From: an uncultured Gammaproteobacteria bacterium
GTDB lineage: Bacteria; Patescibacteriota; Microgenomatia; 0-14-0-10-38-17
DNA: 64,000 bases
Direction: 5' to 3'
NCBI GenBank assembly: GCA_964348895.1
Contig: CAYGEH010000001.1
Coordinates: 384,103-448,102, forward strand
In this document: positions 43,950-54,300 of the stretch, piece after piece
How the letters are laid out: each line of letters begins with the position of its first letter
Numbering within the stretch: position 1 is the stretch's first letter
Program-made: the position numbers and the translations under genes
The notes under the pieces: generated by a model
The model's database searches: none
Told to the model about the DNA's origin: nothing
What the model saw: the letters and a program-made list of their open reading frames with translations, nothing else

Positions 43950-45905
43950 ATGAAATATTCAAAATATTGGTTAGCCCTAATTATTTTTTTGCTACCTCTT
44001 GTTTTCGCTCCGCCGTTGTTTAATGGTTATGGTTTGCCCAAATCTATTCTTTTTTTGCTAGGGGTTTTATTGGGCTGGGCAGGTCTATTATTACCTAGAC
44101 TTTTGGGGAGCAGAAACGAAGACGGCGAAGCTATTATTGTTGGCAATAAAGGGGTTTTGGGTTCTTCTCTGCTGTTGGCCTTAGTTTTTATTGTTTCTTC
44201 TTTTTTGCAACCAAACGTCTCGGCCCGCATTAATGCTTTGTCAGGAACAACGGCAATAGTAATTGGAGGAGTACTATTAATAATTTTAATTAAGCAGATT
44301 AGAGAAAAAGAGAGAGAAGCAAATGAAACTCAAAAGCTTTTTTTGGGAAGCATTACTGGCTCGGCTCTAGTTTTAGCTTTAATCGCTGTTCTCCAATCAG
44401 TCGGATTGCTGGAAAGAATAATTCGCTGGGAAGCACTTACCCTTTCTGTTTGGACTCCAACGGGATCAATTTTTACCACCCTGGTCTTAATTGTTTTAGC
44501 TCTTGTTTATGTGGGAAGGGCTTTTTGGCGAGCAGTAAAGGGTGAGTTCAAAATTGTCTCTTTAATTGGCTTATTAGCAACCCTGGTTGTTTTAATTTTG
44601 GGGGCAATCTTTACTGTTGTTGAGATTTTTGAATTAAGACCAATTTTAATTGACTTTCAGGCTGCTTGGGTGGTGGCGGTAGAGAGCTTTAAAAACTTTA
44701 CCAGTGCCATTTTTGGTGTCGGCCCAGGTAATTTTCGCATTGCCTATGCTCGTTTTCGACCAATAGGAATTAATGCGACCGAAGCCTGGGCTCTTTATTT
44801 TAACGCTTCTTTTGGTCAATATTTGAACTTATTGACCGAAACCGGTCTTTTAGGATTAGTGGCTTTTTTAGGAATTATCTTCTTTGTTTGGCGAGGGATT
44901 AAGGGAAATGGAGGTCGGCTAGTTGTTAATTATCCGGAATTGCTCTTGGGAGTTTTGCTAATTGGAGGGTTGTTTCTGTCTTTTGATATTAATTTATGGT
45001 TGGTGTTTTTTGTTCTTTTGGGGTTAGCGGGGAATAATTTGGTAAAGATAAAAATAAATCGCTATTTTTTGTTGACAATCTTGCTTGGTTTATTAATAGT
45101 GGTGGGCTCTTGGTATGGGAGGGCTGTTTGGGCCGATGCCTTATTTGCTCGGTCTTTAGCCGCCTTTGAACGAGGCGAAGGGGGTAACGCTTACAACTGG
45201 CAAGTCGAAGTATTGAATAGAAACCCCCACCTTGATATTTATCATTTAGCTTACGCCCAAACCAATTTAGCTCTAGCTGATGCTTTAGCACAAGAAGAAG
45301 ATCTAACCGAACAAGACCAGCAACAGATTACTATTCTTGTTCAACAGGGGATTCAGGCAGGAAAGAATGCCGTGGCAGTTAATCCGTTTTGGTTCGACAA
45401 TTGGGTAAGCTTAGCTAATATTTATCAACAGATTGTTGGTGTGGCCCAAGGAGCAGAGCAGTGGGTAATTGATTCGCTAAATCAGGCGATTGCTCTAGAC
45501 CCTGTCAGCCCAGAGGTTAGATTGCGACTGGGTGGGTTTTTCTTTGCCCTCGAAGATTTTGACTCAGCCCAACGCCAGTTTGAGCTTGCGGTTAACCTAA
45601 AACCAGATCATGCCAACGCCCACTACAATTTGGCTGCTACTTATCGGGCTCAAGAAAAATGGGCGGAAACAGTTTTGGTATTACAAACAGTTTTGTCTTT
45701 AACAGAGCCTGGATCGACAGATTTTGATTTAGTTCAACAGGAATTAGATGAGGCAAGAGCAAGGCTGCCTCAAGAAGAAGAGCCAGAGGTTCAAGATGGC
45801 GAAGAAGTGGGTCAGCTTCAGCCCCCCCAACCCCTACCAGAGCCGCAAATTAGCCCAATAAACCTACCTGTCGAAGAGGTTTCTCCACCGGAACCAGTTT
45901 TATAA
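43950..45905 (+). CDS. O-antigen ligase/Wzy_C-like polytopic membrane protein with C-terminal TPR repeats
   Basis: About 12 hydrophobic helices with a large loop typical of Wzy_C/O-OTase. C-terminal TPR-like repeats and a Pro/Glu-rich tail. Confidence 0.55.
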   Translation: MKYSKYWLALIIFLLPLVFAPPLFNGYGLPKSILFLLGVLLGWAGLLLPRLLGSRNEDGEAIIVGNKGVLGSSLLLALVFIVSSFLQPNVSARINALSGTTAIVIGGVLLIILIKQIREKEREANETQKLFLGSITGSALVLALIAVLQSVGLLERIIRWEALTLSVWTPTGSIFTTLVLIVLALVYVGRAFWRAVKGEFKIVSLIGLLATLVVLILGAIFTVVEIFELRPILIDFQAAWVVAVESFKNFTSAIFGVGPGNFRIAYARFRPIGINATEAWALYFNASFGQYLNLLTETGLLGLVAFLGIIFFVWRGIKGNGGRLVVNYPELLLGVLLIGGLFLSFDINLWLVFFVLLGLAGNNLVKIKINRYFLLTILLGLLIVVGSWYGRAVWADALFARSLAAFERGEGGNAYNWQVEVLNRNPHLDIYHLAYAQTNLALADALAQEEDLTEQDQQQITILVQQGIQAGKNAVAVNPFWFDNWVSLANIYQQIVGVAQGAEQWVIDSLNQAIALDPVSPEVRLRLGGFFFALEDFDSAQRQFELAVNLKPDHANAHYNLAATYRAQEKWAETVLVLQTVLSLTEPGSTDFDLVQQELDEARARLPQEEEPEVQDGEEVGQLQPPQPLPEPQISPINLPVEEVSPPEPVL

Positions 45906-46000
45906 TGCAAGGAGTTAATAGCGGAATCGCTTCTTTAGTGAGAAAAAGCCAAGGTTAAGAAACCTTAGTGGCAAGAAACCCCTTTTTGCTGTTTGCTTTT

Positions 46001-49000
46001 TTAATCTAGAGTAACCCCTTCCAGTCTTAATCCTTCGAAACGGAAGCCTCCAACACCAAGGTTTACTATAGGAGTGTGACACCAGGCCGAAAAAACACCG
46101 CTTCTCTCAGCTCGAATCCGATATTGATAGCTAAAATTTGCTTCAATACCAGTATCGGTATAGCTGTTACTATTGGAAGGAAGATTAAAAGTGTTTTCGA
46201 CTGGACCCTCTTGACGAGTTCTTACAACCTGATAACCTGTTTCTGTTAGGCTATTATCCTGCCATCTGACAATTAATTGGCCCGGATGCCTGCTATCATC
46301 AATTAAACAGTTGCTTGGCGGTTCGAGAATATCATAATCTAGATTAACTGTTCCTGTTAGTAGAGGAGAAACGCCAGTATCGGTGGTTGAGAAAATAGCT
46401 CGAAATTGAAAATAGCGATTAACGGTGGAGTTAATTGCTGATCCAGAAGGATTATTAAGATAAGACTGATTGGTTCTAAAGTCGTCCACCCAAACGCTTC
46501 GCCCCTCCCAGCCGTTAATCAACCTAAGACTGATTTGGGTAACACCATCAAGATGGGAAGGGAGAGGACCGGATAAATCAAACCATTCTCTCTGCCACTT
46601 AAAAACGGAAGCATTAGGGCTAAAACAGTGAGTGTTTGATCCGCCACAAATACCGCTTCCCTGATTGGGAACACTACCCCCCCAAGAAGCAACGGCAATT
46701 GTTCTAGTACCAGTGTTAACGTTGGTAACTATGCCTTGGAGAACATGAAATACCCCATTATAGTTTTCTCGTAAAATTACAGTTTCGGCAGGAAAAATAT
46801 GATGAATCATGCCGTTGTCGGGTAAAACAAAAACGGTGTCGTTTCTGGCACTGGCTTCAGAGGTGCCCCCGATATCAGAAGCGTTAAGAGAGGAGGCAAA
46901 ATCAATGGTAATGGAATGACTTCTTTTGTCCAGTTCATAAAGTTGTCTAATTTCCTCGGCTGAACGAGCAATATTATCAATTCTCACTTCGTCAATGATT
47001 CCTCTAAAAAAAGAATTAGCAGGACCATCGGGGTTTTTACCAATATAAGTAGTGGTATTATGTACAACAAGCGAACCATTAACGTTACCCGAAGCCTCTT
47101 CTTTACCATTAACATAGGTTCTGCAAGTAACGCCGTTGTTGGTAATAACAATATGGTTCCACTCACCCCACCTAATAACTTGTCTGGTATCAGGACAGCC
47201 GTCGTTGGTGCCTCCACCTGTGCTGGCAAAACGGTGGTGAACAAAAGCAGCGTTGCCGTTAGCATTACCCAGCCATATATGATAGTTTCGCCCTGGTTTG
47301 CCAACAATTCCTTTCCAGGCCTCATTTTGTTGATTGGCATAAATCCAAACAGAAACGGTGTAGCTAGAAATTCTTAAAGAAGCAGAGTCTGGAATAGCGA
47401 TATAATCACTGGTACCATCAAAGGTTCTTCCCTTATCAAATTTACCACCAGTAATTTGGGTTCCAGCGCTTAAACCGTGATTATTTGACAGGGTTTCGTC
47501 TTTGATGTTAATTGGTCTAGTAAGTCGATAAACCATTCTTAGGGCGTTATTTGAGGTATCAGTAATTCTCCAAGCCAAGCCAAAACCGCCCCCCCCTTCA
47601 GCCACTCGCCATAAAACTCTGTTCCAGCCCTTTTCAACTAAAACATCGGTTTGGAATTGATCAATATTTACTCCTTGACAAGTAGTGACAGTCGCCACTA
47701 GAACGCCATTAACCCAAACCTGGGAAGCATCGTCTGACCCCCAGCGGAAACGAATGGTTTGTTCTAGGGGAGAGTAAAGATAAATATGAGAATAAGCATA
47801 GACATTGTTACAGTCACCACCGCAAATAATGGCATCTAAATTAAAATTACCACTAGCGCTAGTGGCGGTTTGCCAGGTTCTGCCCCCGAAGGAGTCGCCA
47901 GGGGAGGGGTATTGATCAAGAAACAAAGCTTGATTACTTGAAGTGTCGCTACAGCCACCAGACGCCCAGCCACCGCTAAGACCGCCAAACAGTTGAGTAG
48001 TAGGATAACCACTGGTATCAGTTAGGCGTTCGCCAACACTAATGCCGACCTCAGAGTTATCGGCAAAGCGCCAGAGGCCAACAGTGTTGCTGTCAGGTTG
48101 ATGATTAGCAAAACTAGACTCACCGATAATGGCTTCAAGGAAAGTTCCGGTCCGATCAGAAGCAATATCAAAAGAAAATTTATTTTTATCGGAAAAATTA
48201 GTGGCAGAAAAGATTCGGGTAAGGCGATGATCTTGGCCAGCTCGATGGGACTCAGCTATAGCCTCTGGGTTTAGGGCGAGAGCCATTATTCTTACCTCGT
48301 CAATTGTGCCAAAAAAACGAGTAATAGCGCCACTGGATCCGATTCCAATAAAGAAATCAGCACTACTATCGGAAAGAGAAGCTGGAATCGTTCCGGTTAT
48401 GGTTCCATTTCTTAGTTCACCATTAATGTAAACATCAAGAGTTTGAGTGCTGGCATTATATATTCCAGCCACATGGGTCCAAACGAATGGTTGGAGAGCA
48501 ATAGAGCTTTGGCGAGTGGCTTGAGTGGCCCCTTGAACGCTAAATTCAACAAATCCGGATCGCACCTGGAAAAAATAAGAGCCTGATGTCCCGCTGAACC
48601 ATTTTGAAACGATAGTCTGGGCTATTGAAGTAATGGAATCATGTCTAACCCAAGCCTCAATTGTTAAACTGCCAGTAACATCCAGGCGGTTAGTTCCACC
48701 ACAGACGGAATCAAGGCAGAAAAGATGGCTACCACCACTAAAGTGTCTGGCCTTGCCAAAAAAACCATTAGTTACTGTTGTTCCTGAAGGAGTAAGATCG
48801 GCGACTGAGGCGCTGCCATCTTTAAGGAAGGCTCCCGCTCCCGAGGTTTCTTCAAAAGACCATAAACCAACAGTATTAGCGTCAGAAGAACGAGCTCCTG
48901 AGGCTAGGTTTAGGCTTCCTGTTCCCTCCATTTTAATATTATTACTGTTTGTTTTAATTAAGGGAGAAAGGAGAGCGTTATTTCCCCACAACCAGTTATG

Positions 49001-51391
49001 GGTATCAGCGTCAAGGTTTAATAGTTGTGCCTCGTTGTTAATTGGTCTCCATCCCTCCCAAGAACCATCATTGGGTGTGTTGGTGGCTCCGGTGCGAGTT
49101 TGAAATTCAATTATTCCAGCTTGATAGTTGCTAATAATTTCTGGTTTCGAAAGAGAACGAGAATAGAGTCGCAGAGAATCTATTGCCCCATTCATATACA
49201 TTGGCCCATAAAGAGTGGTTAGTCCGATTTGGGCTGGAGCAGAAGTGCTGGTAACCATGTTTCCCCCTGTGCCAGAGTATTGACCGTTAACTTCAACACC
49301 ATTAATATAAATTTCCATGTCTAGTGGACCCCTAACTACGGCGGCAACATGAGTCCATTGACCAATGGGAACAGATAGCCTTCCCCCGCCATAAGAGCGC
49401 CTGCTGGTGGGCCCAGGTCCTGTTCCGTCACCGTAGCTTATCATTAGATGGTTGGTTGGACCAAGGTGTAAATTAGTACCAAAATAGCTTCCACTATGAT
49501 TGTCGCTGTTAAAAATAGACGACCAGGATTCGCCAACAGTGCCGGCATTAGGCCGACCATTTAAAAAAATCCAACCTTCAATAGAAAAAGGTAACGTTAG
49601 GGAATTAAATCTTTCCCCCAAATTGACAAAGTCATTAGCCCCATCAAACATTAGAGCTCCAGCTCCCCAACGACGATTGTTGCTGGTCCAGCCAGAACCA
49701 GCCAAAAAGTCTCGGCCGCTGGTGTTGGCAAAGTTGGTTAAAGTACCATGATTACCCCCGCCAGAAGAATCAGAGGTGGTAGTCCCAGAGGCTTCATTAA
49801 ATCTCCAGTCGGCCAAAAGACCAGTAGAAGAAAAAGGGGTTTCACCATCGCCGGTTCGAGTGCCCAATTGGCTCCAAGACAAGGAATTTAAACCAACCAC
49901 AAATTCGCCAAGATCTATTACTTCAGAAGTATAAATTCCAGAAGGCCTTCTTTGGGCGTTATGCCTAATTTCTCGACTGGTTCGAGCAACATTGGAAATG
50001 CGAACTTCATCGATATGACCGTTAAAGTTTCTGCCGCCAGACCAAGAACCAAGCCAAACAGACTCAGTGGTGTTTCTAAGATAATTTCTTTGATTAACGC
50101 TTTCCAAGATGCCATTGACATAAACTTTAATATTAGTTCCATCATAAACACAAGCAACATGATACCACTCAAAAAGACCCTTACTGGCGAGACCAAAATC
50201 AATAGTAGTACTAGATCCATTCCCAAGAACACAGCCAAATCGGCCATCTTGGTGCCAAGTCATTTGATAACCTCGACTATTAAATTCTCTTTGAACGATG
50301 GCGTCTCCCCAAGAGGCGTCTGTTGAAAGACTGTTTGGCCAAACCCAAGCTTCAAGGGTGAATGTTCTTTCTGGGGCTAGAGCCAAAGAAGTTGAAATGA
50401 CAACGTGGTCGTTTGGTCCAGTAAAGTTGCCAGAAAAAGAGCTGACCTTGGCTTGGTCAGTGAAGGTGGCTCCACCTTGAGCTGTACCTCCATGACCTAG
50501 ACCAGAGCTATCCTGCCAATCATTATTCATGCGCCACAGACCGACAGTACTAGAGTCAACCGCCATTTCTTGGTATTTTATTCCTTGAGTGTTGTTATCA
50601 GGGAGGGGAAGGTCTCCTTCGTTGCCAGTTCGATTTCTAGTTCCAGACCAAAAAGCCCCACCCTGATTATAAACAATGGTTGGATCAATAAAAACAGGGT
50701 AGGCTCGACTGGGATCAGATAACCATTCCCAAGAGGGAATAAGTTTAATTAAATATTCTTTTTCTTTTTTTGAGTTATTATTGTTTTCTTTGTTTTCATT
50801 AGGAGTGATGGTTAGAATTACATCTTCGCTTCTTTGGCCATTGGCGTCAACCATAAATGGTTTTTCAAAATGAAATCGATATTCTTCAGTTTGTGGGTCA
50901 ACAAAAACAAACAACGAAGAAGGTTGATCTTTAAGAACAGCGTTTTCTAGGTCGGCAGTAAAGGTAAAAACGGCCTCTTGGTTTGGAAAAAGGCTTACCA
51001 GAGAGGAAAAGTCATCAACAACGACATCTTCTTTTAGGCCGTTATCAATGATCCGATAGACAATACTAATTCCTGGCCAGACATTTTGATAAATAAGCTC
51101 TTGATCGTTAGATTCTATTGTCTTAGCCTCTTTCTCTAAAGAAAAGTTTATCCAAGAGTCTCCTTGTCTAAACTTGGCATTTGGTTTATTTTTTCTTTCT
51201 CGGTTTCCAAGGTAAATTTGGAAGTTTTTCTCCTCTTCGGCTGATTGGTATAAGAAAAGGCTGTTGGAGGGGGCTTGAAAAAGCTTAGGTTGATCTGCTT
51301 TAGTGGGATCAGCCCTTTTTATTAGTATTAAAGAAACAATTAAGACTAATAAGAAAATAGCGATAGAAAATATTATTGATTTTTTGGTCAT
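46001..51391 (-). CDS. giant secreted/surface protein (1796 aa) with multiple LamG/concanavalin-A-like lectin domains and a C-terminal FN3-like domain
   Basis: N-terminal signal/anchor. Recurrent ...NFNGHIDEVRISN.ARS.EEI... LamG-type motifs (at least 6 copies). The gene starts 3 nt after the upstream giant gene. Confidence 0.6.
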   Translation of the reverse strand: MTKKSIIFSIAIFLLVLIVSLILIKRADPTKADQPKLFQAPSNSLFLYQSAEEEKNFQIYLGNRERKNKPNAKFRQGDSWINFSLEKEAKTIESNDQELIYQNVWPGISIVYRIIDNGLKEDVVVDDFSSLVSLFPNQEAVFTFTADLENAVLKDQPSSLFVFVDPQTEEYRFHFEKPFMVDANGQRSEDVILTITPNENKENNNNSKKEKEYLIKLIPSWEWLSDPSRAYPVFIDPTIVYNQGGAFWSGTRNRTGNEGDLPLPDNNTQGIKYQEMAVDSSTVGLWRMNNDWQDSSGLGHGGTAQGGATFTDQAKVSSFSGNFTGPNDHVVISTSLALAPERTFTLEAWVWPNSLSTDASWGDAIVQREFNSRGYQMTWHQDGRFGCVLGNGSSTTIDFGLASKGLFEWYHVACVYDGTNIKVYVNGILESVNQRNYLRNTTESVWLGSWSGGRNFNGHIDEVRISNVARTSREIRHNAQRRPSGIYTSEVIDLGEFVVGLNSLSWSQLGTRTGDGETPFSSTGLLADWRFNEASGTTTSDSSGGGNHGTLTNFANTSGRDFLAGSGWTSNNRRWGAGALMFDGANDFVNLGERFNSLTLPFSIEGWIFLNGRPNAGTVGESWSSIFNSDNHSGSYFGTNLHLGPTNHLMISYGDGTGPGPTSRRSYGGGRLSVPIGQWTHVAAVVRGPLDMEIYINGVEVNGQYSGTGGNMVTSTSAPAQIGLTTLYGPMYMNGAIDSLRLYSRSLSKPEIISNYQAGIIEFQTRTGATNTPNDGSWEGWRPINNEAQLLNLDADTHNWLWGNNALLSPLIKTNSNNIKMEGTGSLNLASGARSSDANTVGLWSFEETSGAGAFLKDGSASVADLTPSGTTVTNGFFGKARHFSGGSHLFCLDSVCGGTNRLDVTGSLTIEAWVRHDSITSIAQTIVSKWFSGTSGSYFFQVRSGFVEFSVQGATQATRQSSIALQPFVWTHVAGIYNASTQTLDVYINGELRNGTITGTIPASLSDSSADFFIGIGSSGAITRFFGTIDEVRIMALALNPEAIAESHRAGQDHRLTRIFSATNFSDKNKFSFDIASDRTGTFLEAIIGESSFANHQPDSNTVGLWRFADNSEVGISVGERLTDTSGYPTTQLFGGLSGGWASGGCSDTSSNQALFLDQYPSPGDSFGGRTWQTATSASGNFNLDAIICGGDCNNVYAYSHIYLYSPLEQTIRFRWGSDDASQVWVNGVLVATVTTCQGVNIDQFQTDVLVEKGWNRVLWRVAEGGGGFGLAWRITDTSNNALRMVYRLTRPINIKDETLSNNHGLSAGTQITGGKFDKGRTFDGTSDYIAIPDSASLRISSYTVSVWIYANQQNEAWKGIVGKPGRNYHIWLGNANGNAAFVHHRFASTGGGTNDGCPDTRQVIRWGEWNHIVITNNGVTCRTYVNGKEEASGNVNGSLVVHNTTTYIGKNPDGPANSFFRGIIDEVRIDNIARSAEEIRQLYELDKRSHSITIDFASSLNASDIGGTSEASARNDTVFVLPDNGMIHHIFPAETVILRENYNGVFHVLQGIVTNVNTGTRTIAVASWGGSVPNQGSGICGGSNTHCFSPNASVFKWQREWFDLSGPLPSHLDGVTQISLRLINGWEGRSVWVDDFRTNQSYLNNPSGSAINSTVNRYFQFRAIFSTTDTGVSPLLTGTVNLDYDILEPPSNCLIDDSRHPGQLIVRWQDNSLTETGYQVVRTRQEGPVENTFNLPSNSNSYTDTGIEANFSYQYRIRAERSGVFSAWCHTPIVNLGVGGFRFEGLRLEGVTLD

Positions 51392-51393
51392 TT

Positions 51394-54300
51394 TTAGTTG
51401 TTACCGATAATCCACCAGTTAAAGGAAATTCTTTCGTTAATAGCTCGGCTAACGCCGACGACAAAATATCTTCTTGTTTTAGTTATTTTTTCTCCTGTTT
51501 GTGGGTCAACCTCTTCAATTGTCTCAACCACTTTATTTTTGAGGTAAAGAACTTGGTTTTGAGTAGTTGAGGTTGGTGTTAAAAAGATCATGGCGTCACT
51601 AGTTAGATTTTCATTATATATAACTAAGTCTGTTTGACCAACTGGCAAGACAGCGCTTCCAGCGGAAGCATTAGTAACAATTCCTGGGGCCCAAACACCA
51701 ATGTTATTAAAGTTCTCTGAGGCGGCAACGACCATTCCTGGTCTTTCTTTTTCGGTAGAAATAGCAAGGCTGTCAACAGCAACTTGTCCAGCAAATTGGG
51801 CCGAGCCGTCAGCGTTAATCTTGGCAACAACCTCTTGATTAATCCCCTTGACAAGCAACTCTCCAAACCCTGAGCTTGGATCAAGTTCGGAATTAATAGA
51901 GAGGGGGCTCTCGCCTTGGACAGCACCGCCTTCGCTGTCTTGGTCTGTGCTATTGGCTAAATTAAAGACTAGGTCTTGGCCTCCGTGTGGTCTAATATTT
52001 CCAGCAATTAAGTCTCCGCCGACAGTTAAATGATGAGCAATAAAAACATTGCCGCCAATATCAATAGCGATTTTGCCGCTTAAGATGTCCAGACCTCCTA
52101 AGCCTTCTCTTTGTAGATATAATGTTCCATTCAAATTACTAACACCACCATCGGTTAAAGATAAGCTATTGATGGCTAGGCTATTTGTTGTCACTTGCCC
52201 GAAAACGGTTAAGTCGCCATGATGAATTAGTTTTTCAGTCAAGGAGGCAACATAACCTTTATTTATTTGCTCTTTTTCTTGAGAAGAAAAAAGAACTTCG
52301 TCTTCAACTGGCAAAACACTGCTGGTATTTAAATTAAGCCAACCCTCCACTTCAGCAAGTAATGTTTTAATATCTACTTCTTCATTTTGAGTTTTTTCTT
52401 CGTGAACTTGAACATTATTTTCATTGCTCTGTGTGTTTTCCTCGTTACCCTGAGATTGAGTCAACATCTCTTCTCTTACTATCGCCCTAATGTTATCTAG
52501 GCTAATGTTTTTAGTTAATAGCTCTCCAAAACCACCCTCTCTGGCCACCACTCGGTCAACATAGAGCGTGCCAGAAATAGTGGCATCCTGAGCCACTTCT
52601 AGATTTTGGGTTTTAATGCTTTCAGCTTCCAATTGGCCAAGATTGGCGTTGTTGGCCAATAAGTCCCCAAAGTTAGCCTTAAGAGAGTCAATTTCTGTTG
52701 CTGTTGTTGTTCCGGCCACTTCTAAATCTCCAAATAGAGTGGTTTGTTTAGTTTCGGTATCAAACTCCGCTGTTGGTTCATCGGTGGAATTAACAATCGA
52801 GATCTTTGAGTTTTGAGTTGTAGTTTTGATTGTTGCATTTTGATTGTCGAATTGTATTGTCCCTGTTTCTATCACTGGAGAAATAATTTTTTCTTGAGTA
52901 TTAATATTTGTGGCAGTAATATTATCGACAATTAAGCTTGTTGTTTGAATTAGGCCGGCTCTTAGCTCAGTGGTTATTGTTTCCGCAAAGGCACCAATTC
53001 TATTAATGGTTTCTCCAGTTGAATTTCTAACTAGCCTAAAATTAAATGGGTCAAGATTTGTTTGTTCTGCTGAAGAAGAAGGTTGACCATCATTAACTAA
53101 ACGTAAATCACCAGCACTGGCAAGATAAGCATCTGGGTCATACCAAGAAAGATTAATAAAAATTAATATTTTTCCAACTGCTTCTGGATCAGGATTATTA
53201 TATGTTTCTAGGGCTTTTCCGATAATTTGTCCAGCTCGAGTTGCCTTCATGCCAACACCAGGAATATCAGAAGAAGTAATGGGGTCTCCAGGTTTAATTG
53301 GACCGTTCTTAGTAGTAACTTTAACAGGAACACGACCAACAAGAGCGACTCTAGTGTTACTATTTTCAGTTCCGCCCATAACCTGGAATGGAGAAGTTGA
53401 AACAACGCCGACCAGTTTATTGTCATAGGGGCTAGTTGACTTATCAAGCAACCTATTGGTTGAAACAGAAAGAATGTCTCCTGGTTCAGTTGTAGTTATA
53501 GACTGATAATTTTCAGCCAAGTCAGAACCAGTAATCATCGGATCGCTTGTAGCTTTGGCCTCAAGCTCTGATTGAAGCTGAGCTTGTCGAGTGGCACAAT
53601 CAACACAATATTCAAGTTTGCCGAAATAGACTTCAGGGTTCGTTAACAATCTCATTCCTCTGCTTTTAGGATAAACCTTAAGTTCGTCGCTCTCAGCAAT
53701 AGCAGTAGGCTTAGCGTATCTGGTAATCTTATAGTTATTGCGGATATAGTCAACATCAGTTAGTTGTCCCAGCGTGGTCAGCCCATCATCAAAAACAGTT
53801 ACTTGGACTGGAATCCACCCTGAGTCCTGTGAAAAAGAAAGAGGAAGAATTGTCAAGTCCTGAATTTCTGAAGCCCAAACACCTCGAATTAAATCAGTCA
53901 CAGGATCATAAAGAACAAAAATTTCTGGATCTCTTGAAGAAGTGATAAACCTCCACCTGAGCCCAACGTCACGAGCTCCACACCAGGCAGCGTCTGAGCG
54001 ATTACACAGCACTCTAAAGCGAGCAATTGTATCAGCGGAATCAAGACTACGAGGTTGGAGCAAGGTGTTTACATCTGGGTCGGCAGTAGTTCTAATATTA
54101 GGGAAAAAAGTAGCGTCGTTAAGACCAACGTCCATGCTAACTGGACCAGCGGTAGGCATATCAAGAACGGTGGCCCCAGTGCCATATAGCATGTCTCCGT
54201 GATCAATACAGCTGGAGCACTCAAAATTTGTGGCGGTGACGGTGCCAACCACCTGGAGGGCCGTGCTTGGTGATGGTGTCCCAATGCCGACATTACCGGC

